Assembly: GCA_043228905.1 (NCBI GenBank) | Contig: JBHGNT010000002.1 | Location: forward strand, 23,808,001 to 23,872,000 | Origin: Azolla caroliniana | Lineage: Eukaryota; Plantae; Polypodiophyta | Reading direction: 5' to 3' | DNA length: 64,000 nt | Shown here: positions 11,266 through 23,861 of the stretch, piece after piece | How the letters are laid out: each line of letters starts with the position of its first letter | How positions within the stretch are numbered: the stretch's first letter is position 1 | Position numbers and translations under genes: made by a program | The notes under the pieces: generated by a model | What the model saw: only the letters and a program-made list of their open reading frames with translations | What the model was told of the DNA's origin: nothing | The model's database searches: none

Positions 11266-12924
11266 TCATTTTTCCACTTCGTACGTGATTTTGAGACCTT
11301 GGATTGTGACTTTCTCGGTGCCCTTGACGACGATTGTCACAACCACCTCATCGTCTTTTTGGATGCCCACACGTTTCAAGTTGCTGCCAATCTCAAATTT
11401 GACATTTGTTATGAGGCGACTATGCTTGTTTGGGGATGGTATCACGTTGAACGATCCTACATACTCCGCACTATTTGTCTTTGTGGAGCTATTTGCGGTC
11501 GGAAGGTTCACAAACACGACTAACTGCACAAAGCTATCCCTCACCACATTCATGGATTGGATGGTCAACACCTCTTGGGAGTGGTCTGGGCGATTCACAC
11601 CTAGAGCATATGGACGTTGCACTCGTGCCAAAAGTTTGGTGCCCAAATCAATGGTGCCATTGACGGGCGAGGGTCCAACAAAGGGCACGCCCGACGCTTT
11701 CGCCGCTGGCAAGGCGCTACCATTGGAGATGGGAAGAGGTTTGAAACGGATCCACAGCTTGTCGGAGCTCACCCTTTTGTACTTGTACCCGAGGTTACCA
11801 ATGTCGAGGGAGTCTCTCACCTTCACTTTGACTAGATTCGCGTGCTCGTCGTAGAAGGCGAATTCGGTGTCCAAGAAGTCCGTGTCATTAGTGTCATAGC
11901 GCGGGCCGTGAGGCAAATGGAAGCGCCACATTTCCCACAGCCGGTCAACATTGGTATGGTGGGAATAAAAGATCGGGTCACGACCCGCGGTTACGAAGGA
12001 TCCCATATCTTGCCCCAATGGAAGGGCCGTTGCGGTTCCAGTCCAATAGTGGACACTGTTGTGGATGGTATTCTCTATGCTGCCGCCCAATGGGGCACTT
12101 AAGACAGTGGAATTTCTGAGGTCCGAGCCGAGGCGGTACGCACCCCCTAGAAACAGGTCAGAGTTGCGGGCCGTGACCATGGCTTGGTACATGATATTGA
12201 GATTCTCGGACGCGATAAGGGTCTTGTTCTCGGTGCTACTTCCCGCGGACAAGCGGACAAGAGCCGATCCCGAGTGGTTCGCATTTCGCTTGGTATCGTA
12301 AAGGGCAGTGCCATTGCGGTCGAACATGGGCGGCAACACATTGCCACCATCACGTTGGTCGTCCCAGTTCCAGTAGACAAGCGCGAACGAGGGATCGCCA
12401 ATGAGGCTAGCGAGGATGCGCTCGTGGAAGTAAATGTAGAACCGATGCCACGGGAGGAACAACCACGAGAAATGGACTTGGAGCGGGGTATCTCCGGCCG
12501 AACCTCCTTGCTTGTAGGCACCGTTGCAGAACGCGCAATGGAGGTCGGCTTGGACCTTTAGGCTCCGTGGGTCGGTGTCCGGGAGGGCTCTCATGAGTGC
12601 ATATGCCTTGTTGTATTTGGCAATGTAGTCCTCACTCACGCGATGGGCTGGCCGGCGGACACGCATCTTGGGCAGCCGGTAAGCATCGGCGGAGAATTGG
12701 ACGACCTTCTCCGGAGGAACATAGGGTATGCAACAATTGAAGTAGTAGACGGTCGGGTCGCCCTTGGCCGCAACGTCAGACGCAAGTTCACATTGGGACA
12801 GGTCCGGGACTCCTATGGGAGTTGCGGCCACAAGGAACATGTTCACATCGACTAACATTAGAAGAAGTGCTACTTGAATTGTTATTGGTATCAGGAGGGC
12901 CATATTAGTTAGATGGGAAAGCAT
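11266..12924 (-). CDS. PPO: Polyphenol oxidase (type-3 copper catechol oxidase/tyrosinase), 552 aa, intronless, with a secretory signal-peptide-like N-terminus
   Basis: CuA HCAFC...QVHFSWLFLPWHR; LVYWNWD; CuB ENTIHNSVH...DMGSF..AGRDPIFYSHHTNVDRLW; DWL-type domain (DFLDTEFAFYDE..VKVKVRD..LGYKY); C-terminal KFDV-type domain with EYVGSF. Open, uninterrupted ORF. Confidence 0.97.
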   Translation of the reverse strand: MLSHLTNMALLIPITIQVALLLMLVDVNMFLVAATPIGVPDLSQCELASDVAAKGDPTVYYFNCCIPYVPPEKVVQFSADAYRLPKMRVRRPAHRVSEDYIAKYNKAYALMRALPDTDPRSLKVQADLHCAFCNGAYKQGGSAGDTPLQVHFSWLFLPWHRFYIYFHERILASLIGDPSFALVYWNWDDQRDGGNVLPPMFDRNGTALYDTKRNANHSGSALVRLSAGSSTENKTLIASENLNIMYQAMVTARNSDLFLGGAYRLGSDLRNSTVLSAPLGGSIENTIHNSVHYWTGTATALPLGQDMGSFVTAGRDPIFYSHHTNVDRLWEMWRFHLPHGPRYDTNDTDFLDTEFAFYDEHANLVKVKVRDSLDIGNLGYKYKRVSSDKLWIRFKPLPISNGSALPAAKASGVPFVGPSPVNGTIDLGTKLLARVQRPYALGVNRPDHSQEVLTIQSMNVVRDSFVQLVVFVNLPTANSSTKTNSAEYVGSFNVIPSPNKHSRLITNVKFEIGSNLKRVGIQKDDEVVVTIVVKGTEKVTIQGLKITYEVEK

Positions 12925-13033
12925 GCTGGTAGAATTTAATACAGCCCCAAAGGTCTGAACCGGCTAGAGTATGTGTGTGGGGGATGTATTTGGAAGGAAC
13001 TTTGCATACTTTTCAAATGTCACATACAAGGCC

Positions 13034-13041
13034 TATTTATA
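13034..13041 (-). promoter_or_regulatory. Probable TATA box (TATAAATA) of the PPO gene
   Basis: TTATAAATAG on the minus strand, ~110 bp upstream of the PPO ATG. Confidence 0.6.
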
Positions 13042-14253
13042 AAGTTTCCGTACCCCAAACAACAACAGTTAAACTGTCAATTGTGGGGACAAAAAGTCAA
13101 GAGCTATCTATGGATCCATAGACATGACAAGCATCCGCATGATTCTCCATGTCCATCGTGTGTTCGTTGTGTCTTTTTTTATTTTCGTAAAGACCCACCT
13201 GGTCTTTAAGAGCTAATAATATCTAGCTATACATCAGGAAATATAAGTATTTTTTTTTCAAACTTTTCCATGGGGATTCCAACTCTTTTACAGACAGATA
13301 TGTATATGTACATAGTGGATGCGCATATTATAGTCACGATGAAAAAAGGTGTATATAAAACTTGCATCTACTATTTTAAAGAAAGGTTTTGAAAATAAGA
13401 TTACACCATAATACCTCCTTACTCGAAATGTGTAAATAACCTAGTATGTTATTTTAGTCTTAAGTTATAGATTTATGGGTACAAATAATAGTACCATGTC
13501 AATTATTGGTCATTTATGTGCATCAAAAGGTGTGGGAGGGTTTATATCATGTAAATAATGTATAGACGTATTATGTATATCTTCAGTAAAGTTATGGGGC
13601 CAAGTTCCAACTATGTAGCTAATGTTTCCACACATGTTCAATAGACATGTGGGGCCAAGTATGTAATTATTAAGGTTTCCATTGCATTTTAATAGTTGTA
13701 TTGTAAGTTCCATAGTATGAACCGTATGTACCATACGTGCATTCACATTTGAGTATGTTTTGATCATTTGAGTACGGTAAACACTATGTATACTTTTGTA
13801 TTCGTTATTTACTATAAGTAAAAAAGTGAGGGAAAAAAATTTAAAACGTCAAAAAAGAGAGAGAGTATGTTTTTGTAACATACACATTCTTTTGCAAACG
13901 TGTATGAAAATGAATGTTTGAGCAAAAGAATGAGAATATTACGTTCTATAATTATAACTATTTTGCATCAATTCAAACATCACCTCACACCCACAATTTT
14001 GTATTTTTTAATATCTCCATTGAAGTTATCTACAAGGACTTTGAAGTTTCTTATCCTTCCCTATAAACTTTGATTATTTTCATTCGTTGCCTTCTATAAT
14101 AATCTATGATTGAAAAATATTTATTATTGCATCACAGATTGAAAGCTACTAAAATTTGTGTGACTTTCTGGAGGATAGATTTAGTGCATCCATGTGGAAG
14201 GCGTGGTGTGACATTAGAAAAGGGATAAAGTGCAATCTACCTAATTCCAAACT

Positions 14254-14728
14254 TGTTGGGAATTCGGTCCCTTGGGATGGGATCCGGATGAGACGGATCG
14301 GACGGGCCGAAGGAAGGAACCGGATCCAGGGACATATCTGTAAATATGTTTCTAGTTTGCCTGTCATGGCCATATTTGTAAATAGTCCTAAAGTCATAGA
14401 AGTATAAATATGACTTGGGCAATCACTTTGTGTGTAGTTGAAGTGGTTATCATTATCGTTGTACAACGAGAGAGATATAGAGTGTGTGAGATACAGAAAG
14501 CTTTTCTGTTCTAATTGCCGGTTGATGAAGGCATAGAGCTCGAGGTCGTTGTGTCTGAGTCTCCCATTGTATCCTCTTTTCATAGTGATAGTTGGAGTCT
14601 GTGGGCTCCCGTGGTTTTTTTCCCGATTAGGGTTTTCCACGTTAACATCTGGTGTCGTCTCATACTATGTAAATGCTTCGATCTCATAGTGTTTAAGACT
14701 CGGTTGTGGCCGAGCACTATTTTGTACA
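14254..14728 (+). repeat. 5' LTR of copia element (two internal deletions relative to the 3' LTR)
   Basis: Direct repeat of 18708-19243, immediately followed by the tRNA-iMet PBS. Confidence 0.9.
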
Positions 14729-14743
14729 ATTTGGTATCAGAGA

Positions 14744-17700
14744 ATGGAAGATCCATTCGGAGCCATGTTCAAGCTCACTGGCTCCAACTACTCAGTGTGG
14801 AAGTCGAAGATGAGGGACATGCTCGTGGTCAAAGATCTATGGCTGCCGATACAGTTCGGGGACAAGAAATCGGACAAGATCGATGCCACGAGTTGGGAGG
14901 TGATGCACATGAAGACGAAGACATACATAAGATGCTTCATCAACATGAGCATGTACAACAACTTTAATGAAGAGAACAAGACAAATGAGCTCTAGGAGAA
15001 GAAAAACATCATGTTTGAGAACAAAAATGCCGTAAATCGAGTCTCGGTCTTCCGGATGTTGGTGAGACTCCAATATCAAGACGGCTCCAGTATGGCTGAG
15101 CACATGAATGCCTTCCAGGGGCTCATAGATCAAACGACCTCATTGGAAGTACCTCTAGCCGACGAAGTACTTGCGTTGCTACTCGGCTCCCTTTTGGATA
15201 GTTGGGAGACTTTGGTTGTCACTTTGGGCAACGCCGGGCCGGAAAGGAAACACCTATCCCTAGCAAGAGTAAAGTCGAGCTTGCTAGATGAAGAAGCTCG
15301 CCGGAAGGACAGGGAATCCGGAACCGATTCGAAGGCCTTGGTTACGGAAGACGACCATAACTAGGGAAGGTGCCGAAATCGGAGTCCCCAGAACTGGGAC
15401 AAATCGGGGACGAGATCGAAGTCAAGGGGGAGGCCTACGTGCTTCTATTGTGGGAAGCTGAGGCACTACCAGAAGAATTGCTGACACTTCCGGAAAACCA
15501 AAGAGGGAACCGACATTCCAGAACCGAAGAAGATTTCGGAGAGAAGAGGAACGACAACAATCACCGAGGAGAGTGAGCTACATCTTGTTAGTGATGAAAC
15601 GACATGGGTTGTCGACTCCGGAGTGTCGTTCCATTTGACCCCCGACTGGAAGTGCTTCTCATCCTACAGAGCTGGAGATCACGGTTCTGTCCAGATGGGA
15701 AATGAAGGTGCATGCCAAATTGTCCACATAAGATATGTGTGGATTACAACGTCAACCGGGTGCAAACTGCTGCTGAAAGACGTCCGACACGTTCTAGAGG
15801 TTCGGTTGAACTTGATATTAGCTGATCTGCTGGATGATGAAGGCTACACGGGTAGCATCGAGAAGACAGTCTTGAAGTTCAGCAAAGGGAGCCTGATCGT
15901 GGCCCGAGCCAGGATGGCCAACACACTGTACTTGATCCATGCCTGGATATGCTGGGAAGAAGTGAATGTGGCATCCGACAATGCTGGTGAGTTGTGGCAC
16001 AATAGGCTATGTCACATGAACCAAAAAGGGATGAGAGGACTTGCCGAAGTTAACCTCATTCCGGAGGTGAAAGACGTGCAACTTGAGAAGTGTACCAATT
16101 GCTTGGCCGGCAAGGAAAACCGAACCTCTTTCTAGACAAGACCACCGATGAGACGGAATGCACTGTTGGAACTTGTGCATACCGATGTATGCAAAGTGGA
16201 CACGAAGTCACATGCCGGATCACACTACTTCGTGACGTTCACAAACGACCACAACCGGAAGTTGTGGGTCGCACCATTGAAGACGAAGAACTAGGTATTA
16301 TCTATCCTCAAGGAATTCCACGCGAGAGTGGAAAGGGAAACCGGCTGGAAGCTGAAGGCGGTTCAAGCGGACAACAAAGGAGAATACCGGGGGTAGCTCG
16401 AGGAGTATTGCCGGTCGATGGGAATCCGGCTCGAATTCACTGTGCCAAAGACACCGGAGCTGAAGGGATTAGCCGAAAGGATGAACCAGACCATAATGGA
16501 GAGAGTCTGAAGCATGCTTACACATGCTAAGTTACCCAAGACGTTTTGGGCTGAGGTGTTGGTGACAGTGATCTATGTGATAAACAGATCACCCTCAACA
16601 CCCTTGGAGGGAGACACACCGTGGAGAGCATGGACTGGCAAAGTTGTGTCTTACCGGCATCCGAAGGTGTTCAGGTGTCTCGCCTACGTGCATGTTGCAA
16701 AGGACAAGAGAGAAAAGTTGGATCCGAAGTCCCGACCATGCATATTCCTTGGATATGGTGATGATGAGTTCGGTTATCGAGTGTGGGACTTGGTCGACAA
16801 GAAGGTCTTCTAGAGTCGAGACATAGTCTTCATGGAAGATAGGACAATGGCCGATTGGGAGTCGGAGAAGAAGACAGTGGACTCCGGGTTGAACGACAAA
16901 GATCAGTTGAAAGACAGAAGGATCCATCCGGCCGGAAGCTGGATGAAACTCGAAGAACCGGCCGGAGTCAGACAAGGAACCGAACTGATCGAAGATGAAG
17001 AAGACCTAGACACTCGAATCAGATTCAAATGAAGAACAGATGGAAGAACCAGTGCTCGGAAACCAAACACGAAGATACCCTTTGAGAGAGAGAAGGCTCC
17101 CCCGAAGATTTTCGGACGTAGAGCATATCTTATTGACCGACGTGGGGGAGCTGGAAAGCTTTGAAGAAGCAAAGAAGGGCACCCATAACCACAAGTGGTT
17201 AAGTGCCATGCAACATGAGATGGATTCCCTGCATGAGAACCACACCTATGAATTGACGGAGCCGCCGAAAAGAAAGAGAGCACTCTGGAACAAGTGGGTG
17301 GACAAGTTGAAACCGGGAGATGCCAAAAATCCACCAAGGTACAAAGCCCACATTGTGGTGAAGGGCTTCTAGCAGAAAAAAGGAGTGGACTTCGACGAGA
17401 TCTTTGCCCCGGTAGTAAAGATGACATCCATCCAGATTGTGTCGAGCATAGCTGCGAGCATGGACCTCGAGGTAGAGCAACTAGACATCAAGACAACGTT
17501 CCTACATGGCGACCTCGAAGAAGAGATCTACACGCAACAACCAGAATGATTCGTCAAGAAAGGGAAGGAGAACATGGTGTCCCGATTGAAGAAGAGCTTG
17601 TACAGACTGAAGCAAGCTCCTCGGCAATGGTACCGGAAGTTTGACTCCTTCATGATCGATGAAGGATACCACAAGACGTAGACCGACCACTGTGTGTTCG

Positions 17701-18700
17701 TGAAGAAAGTCGATGGAGCTGACTTCCTGATACTTCTACTGTATGTGGATGACATGCTGATTGTCGGACCGAACCGAATTAAAATCGGGAATCTGAAGAA
17801 GGCCTTGAACCAAACCTTCTCAACAAAAGATCTGGGTCCTACGAGACAGATTTTGGGAATGCATATAATCCGGGACTGGTTGAAGAAACAATTGTGGCTG
17901 TCACAAGAGAAGTTACTATACATGACAAAGGTACTTTAAAGGTTCAACATGTCGGATGCTAAGTCGGTCGGGTCGACACTTCCAGCAAACTACAAGTTGT
18001 CTGGGAAGCAGAGCTCTAAGACAAAGGTAGAGAAGTCGGAGATGATGAAGATACCATACACATGTATGCAATGGTGTGACCGGATATCAGTTATGCAGTC
18101 AAAGTGGTCAGTTGGTTCATGAGCAATCCAGGAAGAGATCACTGGACCGCGGTCAAGTGGATACTCTAGTACTCGAAAGGAACCTTGAGCATGTGCCTCC
18201 GATTTGGCTCAATTAATCCCCAACTTGAAGGGTTCACTGATTCGGATATGTCAGCTGATGCGGATACCAGCCGGTCTACATCCATATATATCATGACTTA
18301 TGCAGGGGGAGCCGTATCGTGGCAGTCGAGGTTGCAGAAGTCCGTTGCACTTTCGACAACAGTAGCAGAGTACATGGAGGTTGTAGAAGCCGGTAAAGAG
18401 GTAATCTGGATGAAGGATTTCATCGGAGAGATAGGGATCAGGCAGGAGGAATTCCGGCTCTACTGCGGTAGTCAAAGTGTCATCCACCTCTCGAAGAACG
18501 CATCCTACCATTCCCAGACCAAGTACATCCAAAGGAGATATGACTAGCTCTTGGAGAAGGTAGAAGATAAGGAGTTCTTGCTCAAGAAGATCCATACAGA
18601 GAACGGGTTGGACATGGTGACCAAGGTGATATCGGCCAATAAGTTGGACATTGGCCGAAGATGAATCAAATTGATGAGATATCCCATGCCAGAGTGAAGG
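14744..18700 (+). pseudogene. Copia gag-pol polyprotein with many nonsense codons and frameshifts
   Basis: KLTGSNYSVWK (gag), CFYCGK..H..C knuckle, WVVDSG (PR), LWHNRLCH and LELVHTD (INT), LLLYVDDMLI (RT), ALSTT.AEY (RH). Confidence 0.92.
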
Positions 18701-18707
18701 GGGAGCC

Positions 18708-19243
18708 TGTTGCAAATTCGGTCCCTCCAGATGGGATCCAGATGAGACAGATCAAACGGGCTGAAGGTAGGAACCGGACCGGACGAATCTAGAAGGTATC
18801 CGGTGTGACCTCGATCCAGGGACATATCTGTAAATATGTTTCGAGTGTGCCCGTTCATGGCCATATTTGTAAATAGTCCTAAAGTCATATAAGTATAAAT
18901 ATGACTTAGGGGAATCACTTTGTGTGTAGTTGAAGTGGTTACCATTATCGTTGTATAGAGAGAGAGATATAGAGTGTGTGAGATACAAAAAGCATTTCTG
19001 TTGTAACCACCGGTTGGCGAAGGCATAGAGCTCGAGGCCATTGCGTCTTAGTCTCGCATTGTATCCTCTTTTCATAGTGATAGTTGGAGTATGTGGGCAC
19101 TCGTGGTTTTTTTCCCAATTAGGGTTTTCCACGTTAACATCTAGTGTCGTCTCATACTGTGTAAGTGCTTTGATCTTCATTTCTATTTTGTTCCTTCCAT
19201 TGAGTGTTTAAGACTCGGTTGTGGCCGAGCACTAGTCTACACA
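18708..19243 (+). repeat. 3' LTR of copia element
   Basis: Follows the PPT and repeats 14254-14728. Confidence 0.9.
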
Positions 19244-20732
19244 AAACCTGCCTAGCTCAGTCAACGCATCCTATGGAACCCATGTATTAGAGATGAATCT
19301 GGTCAACTAATTGGATCAAGTAATGGGCTGTCGTGGGGATACATTGCAGAAGGTCGATGAAAGAGTATAGAATGTTGGAGACGGTTTATGTCAATTCCAA
19401 TACACAATCAAGACAACATACTCCATGGAATCAGGGGAGGATGGACAATGATATCCGAAATGATTCACACTCTATTACTTAGGGAAATTGCTAATCAAAG
19501 GACGACGATGGAGAAGTGGATAGGCTTCGAGGAGGAGGGCTATTTGATCCTAGGAGGTAGGGAAACATTGGACAAGATCAAAGGCCATGAATTGCGAGAC
19601 AATGAGACACCAACATTGAATATGGCCATTTGAGTACTCACATATACCGGTCATAAATGGATTGTAGATCCTGATATGATCAAAGTATAACCAGAATGGC
19701 ACATATGTACTCATGAAAACACATGGCTACGTAAGGTCAGTTGGAACCCTTTGCAATGGACGTGAGGTGATCCTTATGTGGGTCCAAGAAGTAAAGCCAT
19801 CCCTTTCTTCCAATTCACGACTAGATTGGGTCGCCACATTCTAACCGCTTAAACAACCCAAGTGTCGATTGCTGCAAAGGTCTGGCACACATATCATGTT
19901 CCTCACACAATTATTCCCAAGTTTTGGCAGAAAATTTGGAAACAACAACACGTGAGGCGAATTACCACATTCCAATGGCTATTAATACATAAGTCACTAC
20001 CGCTTGGAGCATGGTAGCATGGGACCCTTAGCTCTCCTAATTGTGTAATGTGCCCAAATGCAATAGAATCAATCTGATAGGCTCTGTGCGATTGCCTAAA
20101 GACCCATTGAATATGGTAGGGGGTTGGCCACTTATTCCAATTATGATAGGTGCAAGGCACAATCAAGTGGGTAAATGTATGTTGGTTATCATGGTAGGCC
20201 CCAGTTGACAGATATGAGCATCAGGAGGGAATGACTTTGGTGGTAAAAACACAAGAGGTTTTCTCTTCCACCATTGATAATATCCACTTAACTCCTATTA
20301 ATGCCAAATCTTAAGTTGTGTTGGAATTGGTCAGTCTAATAACTCTTTGGATTATTTGGAAACAACGGTGTAGACGAGTCTCCTCCAACCAAATTGCGCA
20401 TCCAGTAATGTTAATGCAAGAGATATGGAGTGAAGTTGTAGCCATTCTAAAGAGCCAATACGATGGCCTCAAGGGTGGCTCCGATGGAGTTGAAAGACAA
20501 CCACTAGCCTTCATCCAACAATGGTCGTCCTCTCCTTTTCTTGAGTCACTGGGCATCCACATAAGATGGAACTATTGCGTCCCTACAGGAGTTTTTTTTT
20601 GGAAAAAAGTAAACAAAAATAAAAAAATAAAAATTTGTGTGACTTTCCTCCTATAACCACCATATACTTTATATAACATTGATAATTTAACAAAGTCTAA
20701 CCTTATCCAAACCATATAGAAATTCATATATC

Positions 20733-21159
20733 ATCCTTTCCATACGCACAATTGTCGGGGAAATCAATACATGATTAAAGCCGCATTTTGTCACATGCTT
20801 TAATATGAAGGGCAAGTTTCAAGTTAATTACTAAATAAACCATTGTTTATTATTAGTATAATATAGTGCAACTACATATGGGGGATGCCTAGGCTTGCAT
20901 TTGATAGAAAAATCACCTCCTGCTGTAATGCTACACACGATGTATACAATCCTTTCCATACGCACGGTTGTTGAGGAGACCAATACATTATTAAAGCCGC
21001 ATTTTGTCACATGCTTTAATATGAAGGGCAAGTTTCAAGTTAATTACTAAATAATCTGTCGTTTATTATTAGTATAATATCGTTTGACTACATATGGGGG
21101 ATGCCCAGGCTTGCATTTGATAGAAAAGTCGCCTCCCAGTGTAATGCTACACACGATGT
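20733..21159. repeat. Diverged tandem duplication, ~216-bp period
   Basis: ATCCTTTCCATACGCAC...GTAATGCTACACACGATGT starts at ~20733 and ~20949. Confidence 0.85.
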
Positions 21160-22397
21160 CCATTAAAATTTGAAGTCTCTGAAAGTGGGCCATCAAAATG
21201 TCACATTATTGTTTGTAGGTCACAAGAAGATGTTGGATTTATCGGTATAACCAAACTTGTGGAAAAGAGGATAGTCTAGTCTACATACTTGTGTAATAGA
21301 TATGAATCGTCATGCATATTAGTTATTTGATATCAAAATTGTGCCTTTCTGTTAGTGGGCCATGAGAAGATGTTGACTAATCCATATAACCAAACTTTGT
21401 GTAAAAAAGGGATTCTAACAATAGATTGTCCACATTATAATTAATTATCAATCATCGATGTACTCAGTTTGTAGATTTCAGATTGAACATCGCTTATGTA
21501 GAAACTTCTCAAAGTCATTAGGAACTTATACATGAACTTATTTTGTGTCGTTTTATTTTATAGGGAGGTGTAAATTAGCTATCAATTAGATAGACACTCT
21601 TATTTTGTTGCCCACAAAGTCAATTGTATGTTATATTTCGTATAAATAACTATTGGTACCTTAACACTTGCATTTCCGTAATGCATCTATTGATACTTGA
21701 GCCAAGAAAGTCTAATGAGAAATGGTGGAAATACCGGCAATTTTTGACACCATTGAAAAATGCTGAAATCGAAGTGCCAAAACTTTCAATACGTTTAGAA
21801 AACCATGAAAAAAGCCAGCACTAGTGAAAACTATTGAAATTTTTGGCACTAGGAGAAGAGGACGGAAGTGAATTTTCTGGTCTTATAAAATAATCCTAGT
21901 ATTCAAAGCAGTTCCAAATTAATGTTGGAAATACTAGCAACATAATGGTGGAAATTCGGGCACCGAAAGTAGGATACCATCATAAAATTGATGTTGCACT
22001 GTAACAAGTGATAATTACATGCTACATTTTGATTGGCTGGTTTAATATTGTTTAAGAACTGGCACATAAAAAACCCGTCAACTCAATGGGATTGAAACAA
22101 CCCCCACTTCAATTTCAACACTATGTGCCACCATAATTTATGTTTACATGAGTATCAACAAAATTTCCGTGATTTCATCTTCTCAATTTGGTGTTTTCCA
22201 AAGCATTGAAGTCTTCCAAGCATATCCATAGATGAACTAATGAGATAGATTGAAAGGTAAGTAGCCTTTTTCTCATAAAATTATTAATATACTAAATGTT
22301 TTCCATACAAGATTTCATTAAAACGTTTGATTATATTTATAAGATTATATTGACAAACAAGCAATCTTACAAGCGTTTAGTTTGGACGCCTACAATG

Positions 22398-22752
22398 CAA
22401 GTAATACAAGATACCACGACCTAGCTTTCACCTCCACGATAAAATTATACCCAGGTTTGAGTATTTTCCAATATACAAAGATTTGTTATTGCAAGTTTGT
22501 AAATTTATGCTAACTCCTCCATGGTCTTTTAGAGTTTTAAATTGTTTGTACACAAGCACCCTTGTGAAACCTTACCCTTTCGTGATACCACCTAAAACAC
22601 AAGTAATACAAGATTACCACGGCCTAGCCTTCACCACCGCAATAAAATTATATCCACGTTTGAGTACTTTCCAATATACAAGGATTTATTATAGCAAGTT
22701 TATAAATTTGTGCTAACTCTCACAATCTCCCTTGTGAAACCTTACCCTTTCG
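22398..22752. repeat. Diverged tandem duplication, ~200-bp period
   Basis: CAAGTAATACAAGAT...TGCTAACTC and CCCTTGTGAAACCTTACCCTTTCG each occur twice. Confidence 0.75.
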
Positions 22753-23536
22753 ATTTTAAAAGACTTGGATGAATGTGGTGTCCCTATTTTATCCCAACAT
22801 GGACACAATATCAAAACTGACTAGAACTCACAAGGGGACCCAATCCCAGTTCCAAAGAGGGCGCCACCATGGTATGTCCCAATCTTGTCCCAACGAGAAG
22901 TGCCAAGGAACTATCCAATGACTAGTCCTAGTGGCCATCTTTGGCCTTATATAATGAGGAGCCATTCCTAATTTCTTCCCATTCCTTCCTATTCTCTTTG
23001 TATTGCTTGAGTGTGGAGCGTTTTCTCTTTCTCTCTAGTTGTTTTGGGAGTTGTCCAGACTTGTCTCAATTCATCCTGACTTGTCCCAACTCCGGGTATT
23101 GGTTTTGTCCCAATTTTAGGACTATCATAAGCTTTGAATTGATAATATAATATAAAAGCATTTTTTGTGTCCCAAGTTTGTTTGGAACTTGATCAAAATC
23201 TAATGGTGGCTATTCACGTATTTAGTTTTGTTAATAATTAGATAACTAACTATGGGTTAATTAGTATCCAACTATGTGAGTAGTTAATCACATATATGAT
23301 ATGTGATATGTGTGTGTAAGTGTGTGTGAGAGAGGAAGGAAGTTAAATGAGAGATAGAGTAAAAATACACTTCTGAACAATAAGTAAAACGGGGGATGAT
23401 TAAAAAGAGTGTAGCTTAAAGACATTTCTCTATATTAATAAGCATCGAGTTACAAAACTACCCATAATGATGTATATATACATCTCATGTGCAAGGGTGC
23501 ACATGTGAGAAGAGAATATAGGTACAAGGGTGTAAG

Positions 23537-23827
23537 TGTTGTGAATCGACCGGCCACAACCGATTTCATGTTCGTATTCGGGTGCAAAGAATCGGTATAG
23601 ACAGTACACAGACAAAAAAACGAGGGAGTAGAAAAATGAAGAAAAACAGAGACACGGAGTTTAACATGGAAAACCTGAAAGGGAAAAACCACGGGGGTCC
23701 ACAAACCCCAAGAAACAGATCACTATAATAGAGAAGTACAAATAAGAAACTCGGAGGCAACGACCTCGAGTTCTTCTTCGTCTAACAAACGGCTATAGAG
23801 TTACACTCACACACACACACACACACA

Positions 23828-23861
<34 letters not shown>

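Larger units (their letters stand above)
14254..19243 (+). mobile_element. Full-length decayed Ty1/copia LTR retrotransposon (Tork/Tto1-like)
   Basis: TG...CA LTRs at 14254-14728 and 18708-19243; PBS TGGTATCAGAG at 14732-14742; PPT GAGTGAAGGGGGAG before 18708; TSD AAACT/AAACC; domain order gag-PR-INT-RT-RH. Confidence 0.95.
14156..20600 (+). mobile_element. 5'-truncated L1-clade LINE fragment (ORF2 C-terminus, zf-RVT region), split by the copia insertion at 14254-19243
   Basis: SMWKAWCDIRKG lies before the copia and ILWNPCI after it, followed by FWQKIWK..RITTFQWLLIHKSLP..CVMC..ES and ITLWIIWKQRCRR, typical of plant L1 ORF2. Confidence 0.75.

Noticed and set aside
11213-12855. Plus-strand ORFs overlapping PPO
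   Set aside because: These are antisense shadows of a GC-rich coding sequence.
22774-23195. Possible solo LTR (TG...CA, TATA-like site, TGTCCCA repeats)
   Set aside because: There is no matching TSD or second copy in the window, so the boundaries cannot be supported.
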